Of a stretch of 52,671 bases of DNA, positions 41,704-51,108 are shown piece by piece. The position numbers and the translations under genes were made by a program. The stretch lies in NCBI GenBank assembly GCA_963784355.1, contig CAWAQU010000001.1:1-52671 (forward strand). The letters are read 5' to 3'. Numbering within the stretch: position 1 is the first letter of the stretch; every line of letters starts with the position of its first letter. Under the pieces are notes generated by a model. It was not told the origin of the DNA. It worked only from the letters and a program-made list of their open reading frames with translations, and searched no databases. This DNA comes from an uncultured bacterium (GTDB taxonomy: Bacteria; Patescibacteriota; JACMRA01).

Positions 41704-42942
41704 ATGCAAAGTACTGATAGCCAAGTTAATTTCACATTAGTCGATGACAAAATCGATACAAAAGTGCCTGTGGAAAAAAATGTCAGTACTGAGGAAGGTG
41801 ATAACAATATTGAGCAATCACAGGAAATCAAGAAAAATTTTAACATTTTTAATAGGGGCAAAAAAGTAAATAAAACTACAACTGAGAATAGTGATTTTAA
41901 AAATACCAATATCTCCGAACCCCAAGATTCAGACGTTAATTTGCATAACATTAACCTTAAATTAAATCAGCTACTGAAAACCAATAAAAAGCAGGTTTTT
42001 ATTCACGCTGTAACTAGTTTTTCGCTTGGTTGCTTACTTTTCTCCATGTTTCTAAATTTTTACCTCATGGCAAATCAAAATAAAGCCCCAAAAGAAGTAT
42101 TGGCTGGCGAAGTAAAAAGTGAAATCATAGACAACACTCTTACACAGAAAACCACTGCCGGACAAAAACTAGTTAATGAATTTACTACAAACAAAGCATT
42201 TCCGGAGGTAGGATCCAAACTACTACTACAAAAAAACCAAATAGCCACCAAAAATCATACTAATTGCCAAACAGAAATTTTACCACCGGAAGCCAACGGT
42301 TGTTATTTTACTTTTGCCCCCGGATTACTCGGTTTAGGCAAACAAGGTATTATATTTACTAGTATAGAATTGAAAGGTTCTATTGGAGACGGAAATCTAA
42401 TGCAAGTAGACTTGAAAAATTATGAAAAATCTACTCTAGAAAAAACTCTGTTTAAAATAGACAAAACAAATTTTAGCCAAAAGTTTTCATTACCTAGTGA
42501 TTTTGGACTCAAACATGGATTGTATTTTAAACTATGGGATAAGGACAAAACCGGAATTAAGATAGATTCAATTTTAGTAAATTACTTTGATGCTGAAAAT
42601 CTTCAGGAGGTTAAATTAAATGTTGTGAGCTCCAAAACCAATCTAAAAAATTTAAAGATCTATTGGGATAAGAATCAAAACCATACTTTCGACTCTGATG
42701 GAGATATACTTTGGGGCTGTAAACCAAATTTTCCCGGCGTAAAAGAATTTAGTATTAGTAAAACTGGTACCTTTAATTTAATAAGAGATAATAGTTGCTA
42801 TACCGGCAATAAACCTTCAGTATGGTCTGAAGATGATTCCAAATTAGCTTTGCCGTCAGGAGATTGGCTGGTTGTAGGAGAAAATATAAGCTTTCCTTTT
42901 CAAGTAAACTTTGGCACAGAAAATACTGTACAAATTAATTGA
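41704..42942 (+). CDS. Single-pass membrane protein with a large extracellular beta domain
   Basis: About 100-aa polar N-terminus, one TM segment, WDKNQNHTFD calcium-loop-like motif. Confidence 0.7.
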   Translation: MQSTDSQVNFTLVDDKIDTKVPVEKNVSTEEGDNNIEQSQEIKKNFNIFNRGKKVNKTTTENSDFKNTNISEPQDSDVNLHNINLKLNQLLKTNKKQVFIHAVTSFSLGCLLFSMFLNFYLMANQNKAPKEVLAGEVKSEIIDNTLTQKTTAGQKLVNEFTTNKAFPEVGSKLLLQKNQIATKNHTNCQTEILPPEANGCYFTFAPGLLGLGKQGIIFTSIELKGSIGDGNLMQVDLKNYEKSTLEKTLFKIDKTNFSQKFSLPSDFGLKHGLYFKLWDKDKTGIKIDSILVNYFDAENLQEVKLNVVSSKTNLKNLKIYWDKNQNHTFDSDGDILWGCKPNFPGVKEFSISKTGTFNLIRDNSCYTGNKPSVWSEDDSKLALPSGDWLVVGENISFPFQVNFGTENTVQIN

Positions 42943-43094
42943 TAATAGAGTGCGTGTGAAATAGTATTGTTTGAGTTAATGACGTTTGACCAGAATATCA
43001 ATATAGGTGGATAGCCAAGATTAGTATCCAATTTTAGTTGCAACTTTTTGGTATTAAATCTATATAAAATGTCAAACAAAAACATATACTATTT

Positions 43095-43733
43095 ATGAAT
43101 CTTCCATATAAAATTCAAAGCAGTCTAATGCTTGGTGCATTTGCATTAACAGGATTAGGTGCTCTCCCTACATATGCTGCAACTGACTCTACAACCACCT
43201 CAGTAACTATTACTGCAGGCTCACTTATAATTGATTCTCCTGTTGCAAGTGTACTATCAGGAATCACTCTCACTACCGCAAATCAAAATTCTACTGGTTC
43301 AATTAGTGCTGTAAAAATTGAAGATTTAAGAGGTAGTTTAGCCGGATGGAGCAGTAACATGACTTTAAGCAATTTTGCCGGAGTTACTGATAGTAGTAAA
43401 ATTTTACTACTTGGAGGACAAGCTAGTCCAACTACTTTAACAAATAAATATTTAACCATAACTCCAAGCACAATCACAACAGTCGGAGGCGACTCTACAG
43501 GTTTAACAGCTTATAATTCTGCATCGCAAATCTCAAGTTTATCAGCTTTAACTGCTAGTGGTACAAGTAATGCGTTTAGTATTGCCACAGCATCTTCTGG
43601 TCGTGGTGCAGGTACTTATACAGTCGATGTTGGAATATCTATTCAGATCCCAGCATACGGTTATTATGCTCCTACAGGTACCAGTGTAAGTGGGCAAAAC
43701 TATTCAAGTATAGCTACCTACCAAGTTAGCTAA
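43095..43733 (+). CDS. Small secreted WxL-like protein (candidate major pilin)
   Basis: Signal peptide (TYA|A); IEDLRGSLAGWS matches the WxL D.RG...GW motif; ends IPA...YSSIATYQVS. Confidence 0.78.
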   Translation: MNLPYKIQSSLMLGAFALTGLGALPTYAATDSTTTSVTITAGSLIIDSPVASVLSGITLTTANQNSTGSISAVKIEDLRGSLAGWSSNMTLSNFAGVTDSSKILLLGGQASPTTLTNKYLTITPSTITTVGGDSTGLTAYNSASQISSLSALTASGTSNAFSIATASSGRGAGTYTVDVGISIQIPAYGYYAPTGTSVSGQNYSSIATYQVS

Positions 43734-43861
43734 ATTCATTGTTAAATTGTTGGTATTAGTGTTAATAAAAATTAATCCTAATATCGGCAACTTATAAGTT
43801 TTTAAACCCTTAAATAGAAATTTATAAATTGCTAATCTTAAATTAAAAATGTAAAAAACCT

Positions 43862-45094
43862 ATGTTCAAAAAAATCCAAATCACAATATCGGCCGTATTC
43901 ATTATTGTACTTGTTTTAGCCTCCACCCAAAATAATTTAGTCAGTGCTTTAGTGAATCAGCAAGGTCTTGGAATTTATCCAACTGACTCTAATACACAAG
44001 ACATTTTATCCAAAGGTTGGTTTATCGAAAAACTTAACCCTGGCGAATCTAAAAAAAGAAAAGTAACAGTCTCAAATTACTCACAAGAAGAAAAAACAGT
44101 AAAATTAACTTCTGAGGACAGAATTAAAAATACTGGCGACAGTTTTTCATTTACAAACAAAGAGCAAGCAAAAAAAGAAGTAGGTACTTGGATAAAACTA
44201 AGTAAGGATGAATTAACTATACCAGCTCAAAAATCTGTTGATATTGAATTTACCATTACGGTACCAAAAGACATAAAGTCGGGTGAATATGCAGGAGTAA
44301 TTGGTATGCAGGAAGTCAAAAAGGACCAAAAATTAAATGCAGGAATCAATGTTGTAAACATAACAGGTGCAAGAATTTACATAACCATTCCCGGTGATTT
44401 GAAAGTTGGAACCTCTATCAAAAAATTTGAATTTATTACACCTGAGTCTTCAGTTTATAATGAATTTTTAGCAACTAACTATTTTCAACCAATTGAAAAA
44501 AACGCTTTTCTTACATTGAGACTTCAAAACACAGGAAATATATTTCAAAAAATCAAAGGTAAAATCGAAATTCAAACACCAAAAGGAATGGTAACAGAAG
44601 ATTTTGACCGTGATTATGCACCATTTGATGAAGAAGTAGCTATATCGTCCTTATCTACAAAAGTAGAATGGACACCGGGAGAATATACAGCCAAATTTAC
44701 TATTGAGAATTCACCTGTAATTATAAGTAACAAACAAAATCAGATTAAGGATACCGATAAATTTCTGGAAGTTAAGACGAAAGCAGTTATAACACAAGCC
44801 ACTTTAGATAAGATAAAAACCGACAAAGAAGACATTACAAAAAAGCAAAATAACGTGGTTGAAACCCAAAAGACCGCTCAAAAAGTTGAAGAGGGCGACC
44901 AGAAAGAATTTATTCAAAATAAGGATTTATCAAAAGATGGTACAAAATCAAACGAGATAAAAAAGGATAGCTTTTTACAAATAGTGGGCGCTGTCTTTGC
45001 AGCAGGACTAATAATCATACTTCTTTTAGTTGGAATAATTATCTTTCTATTAAAATTTAGGTCTAAGAAAGAACCAAAGTCAGACTTAAAATAA
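43862..45094 (+). CDS. DUF916/DUF3324-like WxL-interacting protein with a C-terminal membrane anchor
   Basis: Signal peptide; WF...LNPGE, VTVSN, VGTWI, FTITVP....GEYAGVI, GARIY..IPG and NTGN motifs; C-terminal TM. Confidence 0.8.
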   Translation: MFKKIQITISAVFIIVLVLASTQNNLVSALVNQQGLGIYPTDSNTQDILSKGWFIEKLNPGESKKRKVTVSNYSQEEKTVKLTSEDRIKNTGDSFSFTNKEQAKKEVGTWIKLSKDELTIPAQKSVDIEFTITVPKDIKSGEYAGVIGMQEVKKDQKLNAGINVVNITGARIYITIPGDLKVGTSIKKFEFITPESSVYNEFLATNYFQPIEKNAFLTLRLQNTGNIFQKIKGKIEIQTPKGMVTEDFDRDYAPFDEEVAISSLSTKVEWTPGEYTAKFTIENSPVIISNKQNQIKDTDKFLEVKTKAVITQATLDKIKTDKEDITKKQNNVVETQKTAQKVEEGDQKEFIQNKDLSKDGTKSNEIKKDSFLQIVGAVFAAGLIIILLLVGIIIFLLKFRSKKEPKSDLK

Positions 45095-45145
45095 TTAAAT
45101 AAAACAACCTTAAAATTCAGCTCACTACAGAAGTGTAATATTTTT

Positions 45146-48100
45146 ATGTCTTTGAGAAGAAATATAGCCCTAAGGACAAAAAGGTTACTAGCAAATTTTA
45201 TTTGTGTAACAGCTATTATTTCATCTTTTTTGGTGTGTTTTTGGTTTTATCACAACAATTATAAAAATAATGCTAAAGCTGCCCCACCTTCAGCAACAAG
45301 TGTATCACCAAATTCAGGCTCTACAGCTGGAGGAACATCTACTACAATTACGGGTACTAACTTTGATATAGCTGGGTTCAAGTGGGGTAAAAGTATTGTA
45401 GCTAGCGGTACTGCCCAAGGTATTAAAATGATTCTAGACAGCGTTGGAAATACATATATTCTTGCCAAATATTCCGGTACTATTGTAGTTGGAACAATTA
45501 CCTTGAAAAGTATAAATGGTTTAGGAGATTTTCTATTAATTAAATATGATGCTAGCGGTAATCTTATTTGGTCAAAAAGTGATGGGGCAAGCAACGATGA
45601 TAAACCAGGGGACATAGCTATTGATTCTAATGGTAATATTTACGTAGTTGGGGCTTTTTACGGTACGGGAACATTTGGTAACACAACTCTTACCTCTACA
45701 CTTGTTAATGTTATTACTCTTAAATATAATAGTAATGGCGATATCTTGTGGGCAAAAAAAGGTGGAAGCACCAATCCGTTTGTTGACGATGAAGGTCGGT
45801 CAATCAGTTTAGATGCTAGTGGGAATGTGTATATTATAGCTAATGCCAGATCAAATTATACATTTGACCAATTCACCCAAAATTTAACTAACGGTGATTC
45901 TTATATAGGCCTTATACTTGTAAAATATAGCAACACCGGCACAATTTTAATGGCAAAAAGTTATATCCCAACAAATTCTTCTTCTAATACAATTGAGGGT
46001 AATGGAATTGTAGTTGGTGATTCAAATAGTATTTACATAAGCGGATTTTTCAAAGGCACAGTTACTATTGGTACAAATATATTGACTTCCAGCGGATCAA
46101 GTGGGGCTGAAGATGTATTAGTAGCAAAATTTGATTCTAATTTTATTAATACTTGGGTAAAGCGGGGCGGGGCTGAAGGTACGGATCGTGCAATTAGTAT
46201 AAACTTTATAGGAACAAGTGTAATTGTAACAGGTTATTTTTTTACTGCCCCTAGTCCGGCCACATTTGGATCATTTTCACTTTCCTCAAGTGGTGGCAAT
46301 GATATATTTGTATCAAAATATGATTCTAGTTCAGGAAATGAGCTCTATGTGCAAAAAGCTGGTGGTACAGGTGATGATAAAGCCAATAAAATCACTCAGG
46401 ATACTTCAGGTAATTTCTACATAACAGGATATTTTAATGGTACAGCTACATTTGGTACAAATTCTGTTACATCAAGTGGTGGCAATGATATATTTGTATC
46501 AAAATATGATTCTAGCGGCAACAACCAATGGGTGCAAAGAGCGGGCGGTACATCAGCTGATATCGGTAATGGTATTGCTGTAGATAATAGTGGTAATGTT
46601 TATGTTACCGGATCATTCATTGGAAATGCAAATTTTGGGAATGTAAGTGCAAACGGAAATAGTACGAATAACGCATTTATTTCGAAACGCAACTCAACTG
46701 GAAATTTCATTTCAGTAATTCAGCTATATTCCTATAGCGAGCTTTATTCAACAAGTATAGCAATGGATTCAGCTAATAATGTATATATTGCAGGTTATTT
46801 TAATTATAATATTGTCTTAGGAACTACAACATATGTGAGCAACAATAGTAATGATATAGTTTTAATAAAGTTTAATTCTTTAGGGAATATTTTGTGGTCT
46901 AAAGTAGCGGGAGGTAGTGGAGACGACAGGCCTAATAAAATTGCAGTTGATCAAAATAATAATGTTTATCTAACTGGATATTTTAATGGTACAGCTACAT
47001 TTGGTACGAGCTCAATAACATCTTCCGGTAGTAGTGATATATTTGTATCAAAATATGATTCTAGCGGCAACAACCAATGGGTGCAAAGAGCGGGCGGTAC
47101 ATCAGCTGATATCGGTAATGGTATTGCTGTAGATAATATTGGTAATGTTTATGTTACCGGATCATTCATTGGAAATGCAAATTTTGGAAGTTTAAGCTTG
47201 ACTAATTCAAACTCAAGTACAGATGGATTTTTAGTAAAGTACTCCACATTAGGAGTTTCATCACTAGCTAAAAAATTTGGTGGCACCGTTGATGATAAAG
47301 GTAATGGAATAAAAGTTGATTTATTAGGAAACGTTATAGTTGTAGGTAGAATTAAAGGTACTGCTACTTTTGATTCACTTAGTATAAATACTGGTGCAAC
47401 AACAAACCATGCAGTAGTAATTGCAAAATACAATTCAAACTTTAATATCACTTGGGTAAAAAATTCTAGCACCTCAACTAATGCTTTACTTGATATAAAT
47501 GATTTAGCTTTGGACAATTTAAACAATATATATTCACTAGGTACTTTGGCAACCTCAATTACGTTTGCAACCACAAGCATAACTAGTACAGGACTTGGTG
47601 TATTTGTGATTAAATATGATACGAACGGTAATTTATTATGGCTTAAAAAGGGTGACGGTCCGGGAGCTGATTATGGTAAAGGTATTGCACTAGATAATAG
47701 TAATAATGTTTATGTTACCGGATATTATACAGGAACTGGTGCAACCTCTTCAATTACATTTGATACAGTATCTCTTCCATTAGGTTCAGCAAATAGCACG
47801 GATGTATTTATAGCTAAATTCAACAGCTCAGGTACTGTATTGTGGGGGCAGTATGCCGGATCAACACAGGGAAATGATATAGGCGTCGGTTTAGCCATAG
47901 ACACAAACTCCGATGCTTATGTGACTGGTACCATTTCAAATGGTATTGCAAATACGCAAGCAATTCTTGGCCAAGATATAATCTCTCCTGCAACGACTGA
48001 CAGCTTTATATCTAAAACTAGCCAAATTAAAATTACTTTTGGAGGGCAAAATGTAGCAAATATAAATTCGATCACCGCTACAAGCATCAGTTTAAGTACA

Positions 48101-48679
48101 CCTCCGCATGCGATCGGTCCTGTAGACATAATTATAACTAATCCTGATGGCAGTAGCTTTACGCTTACCTCAGGTTATACTTATATTGCACCACTTGTTA
48201 TAGACTCTCCTACTACAGTCTCTTTTACAACCAGCTCAGTCTCAGTCAATGCTCAGACCGTCACGGCTAATTTGAATAGTGTATGTATAGATGATAATAG
48301 ATTAGACGGAAGTGGCTGGAGTGCTAATATAAGCATTACTAATTTTGTAGGCAGAAATGATACCAGCAAAATTATACCATTGGCTTCAAGCACAGATTTA
48401 AGTAATATAGACACAATTAAAAGATTGAGAATACTACCAAGTACAGTAAGCACAATTACAGGAAATGCTACTGCAACCAACTATAATACCATAGCTAACC
48501 TTACAAGTCTATCAAGTTTAGATAATACGGGAGTTTCAAACAGTTTTATTATGGTTTCACTAAATAGTAATAACGCTGCAAGTGCTAAGCATTGTGTTAA
48601 TGCTACAATATTTCTAGATATCCCTGCTTATACCTATGCACAGCCTTATGATGCTGTAATTACTGTTAGTGTTATTTAA
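45146..48679 (+). CDS. Large adhesin-like protein: split IPT/TIG domain, SBBP-type beta-propeller repeats, C-terminal WxL-like domain
   Basis: [19 protein letters not shown]; about 14 repeats of IAVD..GNVYVTG.F / DIFVSKYD..G...W; TPPH..GPVD....NPDG...YTY; [11 protein letters not shown]...IPAY...Y. Confidence 0.82.
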   Translation: MSLRRNIALRTKRLLANFICVTAIISSFLVCFWFYHNNYKNNAKAAPPSATSVSPNSGSTAGGTSTTITGTNFDIAGFKWGKSIVASGTAQGIKMILDSVGNTYILAKYSGTIVVGTITLKSINGLGDFLLIKYDASGNLIWSKSDGASNDDKPGDIAIDSNGNIYVVGAFYGTGTFGNTTLTSTLVNVITLKYNSNGDILWAKKGGSTNPFVDDEGRSISLDASGNVYIIANARSNYTFDQFTQNLTNGDSYIGLILVKYSNTGTILMAKSYIPTNSSSNTIEGNGIVVGDSNSIYISGFFKGTVTIGTNILTSSGSSGAEDVLVAKFDSNFINTWVKRGGAEGTDRAISINFIGTSVIVTGYFFTAPSPATFGSFSLSSSGGNDIFVSKYDSSSGNELYVQKAGGTGDDKANKITQDTSGNFYITGYFNGTATFGTNSVTSSGGNDIFVSKYDSSGNNQWVQRAGGTSADIGNGIAVDNSGNVYVTGSFIGNANFGNVSANGNSTNNAFISKRNSTGNFISVIQLYSYSELYSTSIAMDSANNVYIAGYFNYNIVLGTTTYVSNNSNDIVLIKFNSLGNILWSKVAGGSGDDRPNKIAVDQNNNVYLTGYFNGTATFGTSSITSSGSSDIFVSKYDSSGNNQWVQRAGGTSADIGNGIAVDNIGNVYVTGSFIGNANFGSLSLTNSNSSTDGFLVKYSTLGVSSLAKKFGGTVDDKGNGIKVDLLGNVIVVGRIKGTATFDSLSINTGATTNHAVVIAKYNSNFNITWVKNSSTSTNALLDINDLALDNLNNIYSLGTLATSITFATTSITSTGLGVFVIKYDTNGNLLWLKKGDGPGADYGKGIALDNSNNVYVTGYYTGTGATSSITFDTVSLPLGSANSTDVFIAKFNSSGTVLWGQYAGSTQGNDIGVGLAIDTNSDAYVTGTISNGIANTQAILGQDIISPATTDSFISKTSQIKITFGGQNVANINSITATSISLSTPPHAIGPVDIIITNPDGSSFTLTSGYTYIAPLVIDSPTTVSFTTSSVSVNAQTVTANLNSVCIDDNRLDGSGWSANISITNFVGRNDTSKIIPLASSTDLSNIDTIKRLRILPSTVSTITGNATATNYNTIANLTSLSSLDNTGVSNSFIMVSLNSNNAASAKHCVNATIFLDIPAYTYAQPYDAVITVSVI
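46486..47187 (+). repeat. 153-bp intragenic direct repeat (46486-46638 and 47035-47187), one mismatch
   Basis: Direct comparison; offset 549 bp; the only difference is AGT versus ATT (S/I). Confidence 0.9.
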
Positions 48680-48734
48680 ACAAAAATTATTCAGTACGTT
48701 GACAATAGGCCGAGTTAAGACCAATCTTAAAACA

Positions 48735-50168
48735 ATGGATAGACCGTTAAAAGATTATTTAGATACACCTTACCCACATGGGTTTAGTACTGATATTAAG
48801 CAAGATATTTTAGCTGAAGGTTTGAATGAGGATATAATCATACATATTAGCCAACTTAGAGCAGAACCTGAATGGCTACTGGACTGGAGGTTGAAGGCTT
48901 ATAGAAATTGGCTAAAAATGAAGGAACCTAATTGGGCTGAAATTCATTACCCGCCTATAGATTACCAAAAAATTAGCTACTTTGCTAAACCTAAAAATAA
49001 ATCTTTGAACTCTTTAGATGAAGTTGATCCGGAAATTTTGAAGACTTTTGATAAATTGGGTATACCTCTTAAAGAACAAAAATGGCTTGCTGGTGTGGCA
49101 ATAGATGTAGTTTTGGACTCTGTATCTGTTAAAACCACATTTCAACAAGAACTCGCTAAACTCAACATTATTTTTTGTCCTATTTCCGAAGCAATTCAAA
49201 AGTATCCGGATTTGGTCAGAAAATATTTGGGTAAGGTAGTTCCCCCTACTGACAATTTTTTTGCTTGTTTAAATGCTGCAGTTTTTACAGATGGCACATT
49301 CGTTTTTATTCCCAAAAATACGAAATGCCCAATGGAGTTGTCTACCTATTTTAGGATTAATGCTCCAAATACCGGTCAATTTGAACGTACTTTGATCATT
49401 TGTGAGGAAAACAGCTATGTCAGCTATCTTGAAGGCTGCACAGCTCCACAAAGAGATGAAAATCAGCTTCACGCTGCTGTAGTAGAGTTAGTTTGCCTGC
49501 AAAATAGCGAGATAAAATATTCTACTGTGCAAAACTGGTATCCCGGTAATGAGGAAGGACTTGGTGGAGTCTATAATTTTGTAACCAAGCGGGGAATTTG
49601 TGAAGGTAAAAATGCTAAAATTTCCTGGACTCAAATGGAAACAGGATCTGCTATTACCTGGAAATACCCCAGTGTGATTTTAAAGGGCGAGGCTTCTATC
49701 GGGGAATTTTACTCCATAGCCATTACAAAAAATAAGCAGCAAGCTGATACAGGGACCAAAATGATACATATCGGAAAAAATACCAAGAGTCGAATTATTT
49801 CAAAAAGTATCTCTGCTGGCAGTAGCTCAAACACATACCGTGGATTAGTTAAAGTGGCTCAAAATGCTGAAAGTAGTGTTAATTATACCCGCTGCGATTC
49901 TTTGATTTTAAGTGAGGGGTGTAGAGTAAATACTTTTCCTGTTGTCGAGTCAAAAAACAATTCTGCAAAACTCGAACATGAAGCAAGTATTTCTCAAGTT
50001 TCTGAAAATTTACTGACTTATTTAAAATCTAGAGGATTTGATGAGGAAAAAGCTGCAAATTTAATCATTAACGGCTATTGCAAAGAAGTTTTACAAAGAT
50101 TGCCTATGGAGTTTGCCATAGAGGCCCAGAATCTTTTAGAAATAAGTATGGAAGGAGCAATAGGATAA
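48735..50168 (+). CDS. sufB: Fe-S cluster assembly scaffold SufB
   Basis: [54 protein letters not shown] and EHEA motifs; likely start at ATG 48735. Confidence 0.96.
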   Translation: MDRPLKDYLDTPYPHGFSTDIKQDILAEGLNEDIIIHISQLRAEPEWLLDWRLKAYRNWLKMKEPNWAEIHYPPIDYQKISYFAKPKNKSLNSLDEVDPEILKTFDKLGIPLKEQKWLAGVAIDVVLDSVSVKTTFQQELAKLNIIFCPISEAIQKYPDLVRKYLGKVVPPTDNFFACLNAAVFTDGTFVFIPKNTKCPMELSTYFRINAPNTGQFERTLIICEENSYVSYLEGCTAPQRDENQLHAAVVELVCLQNSEIKYSTVQNWYPGNEEGLGGVYNFVTKRGICEGKNAKISWTQMETGSAITWKYPSVILKGEASIGEFYSIAITKNKQQADTGTKMIHIGKNTKSRIISKSISAGSSSNTYRGLVKVAQNAESSVNYTRCDSLILSEGCRVNTFPVVESKNNSAKLEHEASISQVSENLLTYLKSRGFDEEKAANLIINGYCKEVLQRLPMEFAIEAQNLLEISMEGAIG

Positions 50169-50211
50169 TTGTTGACAGCCATTAATTTTTATGCAACAAT
50201 ATACATTGAAT

Positions 50212-50281
50212 TTGGATTTAGTCTTTATTAGACTCAGCTTTTCACAAAGTTGATAAACGGTCTGTTTAAAAACAAGTCCAA
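50212..50281 (+). ncRNA. Candidate structured 5'-leader RNA (four-way junction)
   Basis: Closing stem plus three internal hairpins directly after a TTGACA-17-AACAAT (extended TG) promoter. Confidence 0.45.
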
Positions 50282-50311
50282 TTACAAATAAAATTATAAT
50301 AATAAAAATAT

Positions 50312-50641
50312 ATGTTTGATAGCAATTTTTTCGAAATTTTAGTATATGGTGCTTTAATTTTTTTCAATTTATTCTGTATTACAGGATTCATTATTAGTAT
50401 TTATCTATTGGTAGCCCTTGGCTCAATTAAAAACAAAGTTGAAGAATTGATTGATTCCGGCAAAGATGCAGTTAATATGGGTAAGGATGTAATTAGCACT
50501 GGTAAGGAAGCGATTTATAAAGTTCAAGATGCTGCAATCAGCGTAAATGAAGCAGGGTTTAACATTGTTGCTTTACTTGCTCCATTATTTTTCAGAAGAA
50601 AAAGTAAATCATCAGGGTTATTTAGCCGCTTGTTTAAATAA
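50312..50641 (+). CDS. Small membrane protein with an amphipathic/coiled-coil tail
   Basis: N-terminal TM segment and heptad GKD/GKE repeats. Confidence 0.7.
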   Translation: MFDSNFFEILVYGALIFFNLFCITGFIISIYLLVALGSIKNKVEELIDSGKDAVNMGKDVISTGKEAIYKVQDAAISVNEAGFNIVALLAPLFFRRKSKSSGLFSRLFK

Positions 50642-51106
50642 AACAAAATCTATCATATAAACTACTGTACATACACAGTTAGCTACATTAATACTTTCCT
50701 TTATTCCTTTCATAGGTAAGAACACAGTTTCATTAAGCTCAGAAATCAACTTTGGTTCAAGGCCATGTATTTCATTTCCAAACCAAAGAAAGCTTTCATT
50801 TAGGGTTTCTAACTCAGGCTTATCTGAGCCTAATAAATCATAGATATTTATACTTTTAGGACTTAATTCTAAACCTATATGATATCTATCTTTGTAAGTA
50901 TCTAAAACTTCCCTATAATGTTCAAAATGCTGCCATTTGACTGAATTTTCAGCTCCGATGGCAGTTTTTTTTATGAGCTTAAGTACGTCACCTACAGGGC
51001 GTGGAGTATAGCCGATTAAAATGATGTCTGCCCCAACAGCATCAGCAGTACGAAATATTGACCCTACATTCCAGGCTGATCTAATATTGTCTAAAACTAT
51101 TGTCAT
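50618..51106 (-). CDS. TrmH/SpoU-family RNA methyltransferase
   Basis: LDNIRSAWNVGSIFRTAD, FGNE..G and LPM.G.KESINVA motifs. Confidence 0.92.
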   Translation of the reverse strand: MTIVLDNIRSAWNVGSIFRTADAVGADIILIGYTPRPVGDVLKLIKKTAIGAENSVKWQHFEHYREVLDTYKDRYHIGLELSPKSINIYDLLGSDKPELETLNESFLWFGNEIHGLEPKLISELNETVFLPMKGIKESINVANCVCTVVYMIDFVLFKQAAK

Positions 51107-51108
51107 GC

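Noticed and set aside
46486-47187. DGR template/variable repeat pair
   Set aside because: Both copies are in-frame coding blades with one non-adenine mismatch, and there is no reverse transcriptase in the window.
39651-48679. Sortase-assembled or type IV pilus
   Set aside because: No LPxTG sorting signal or class III prepilin motif is present, and the sortase is ~39 kb away.
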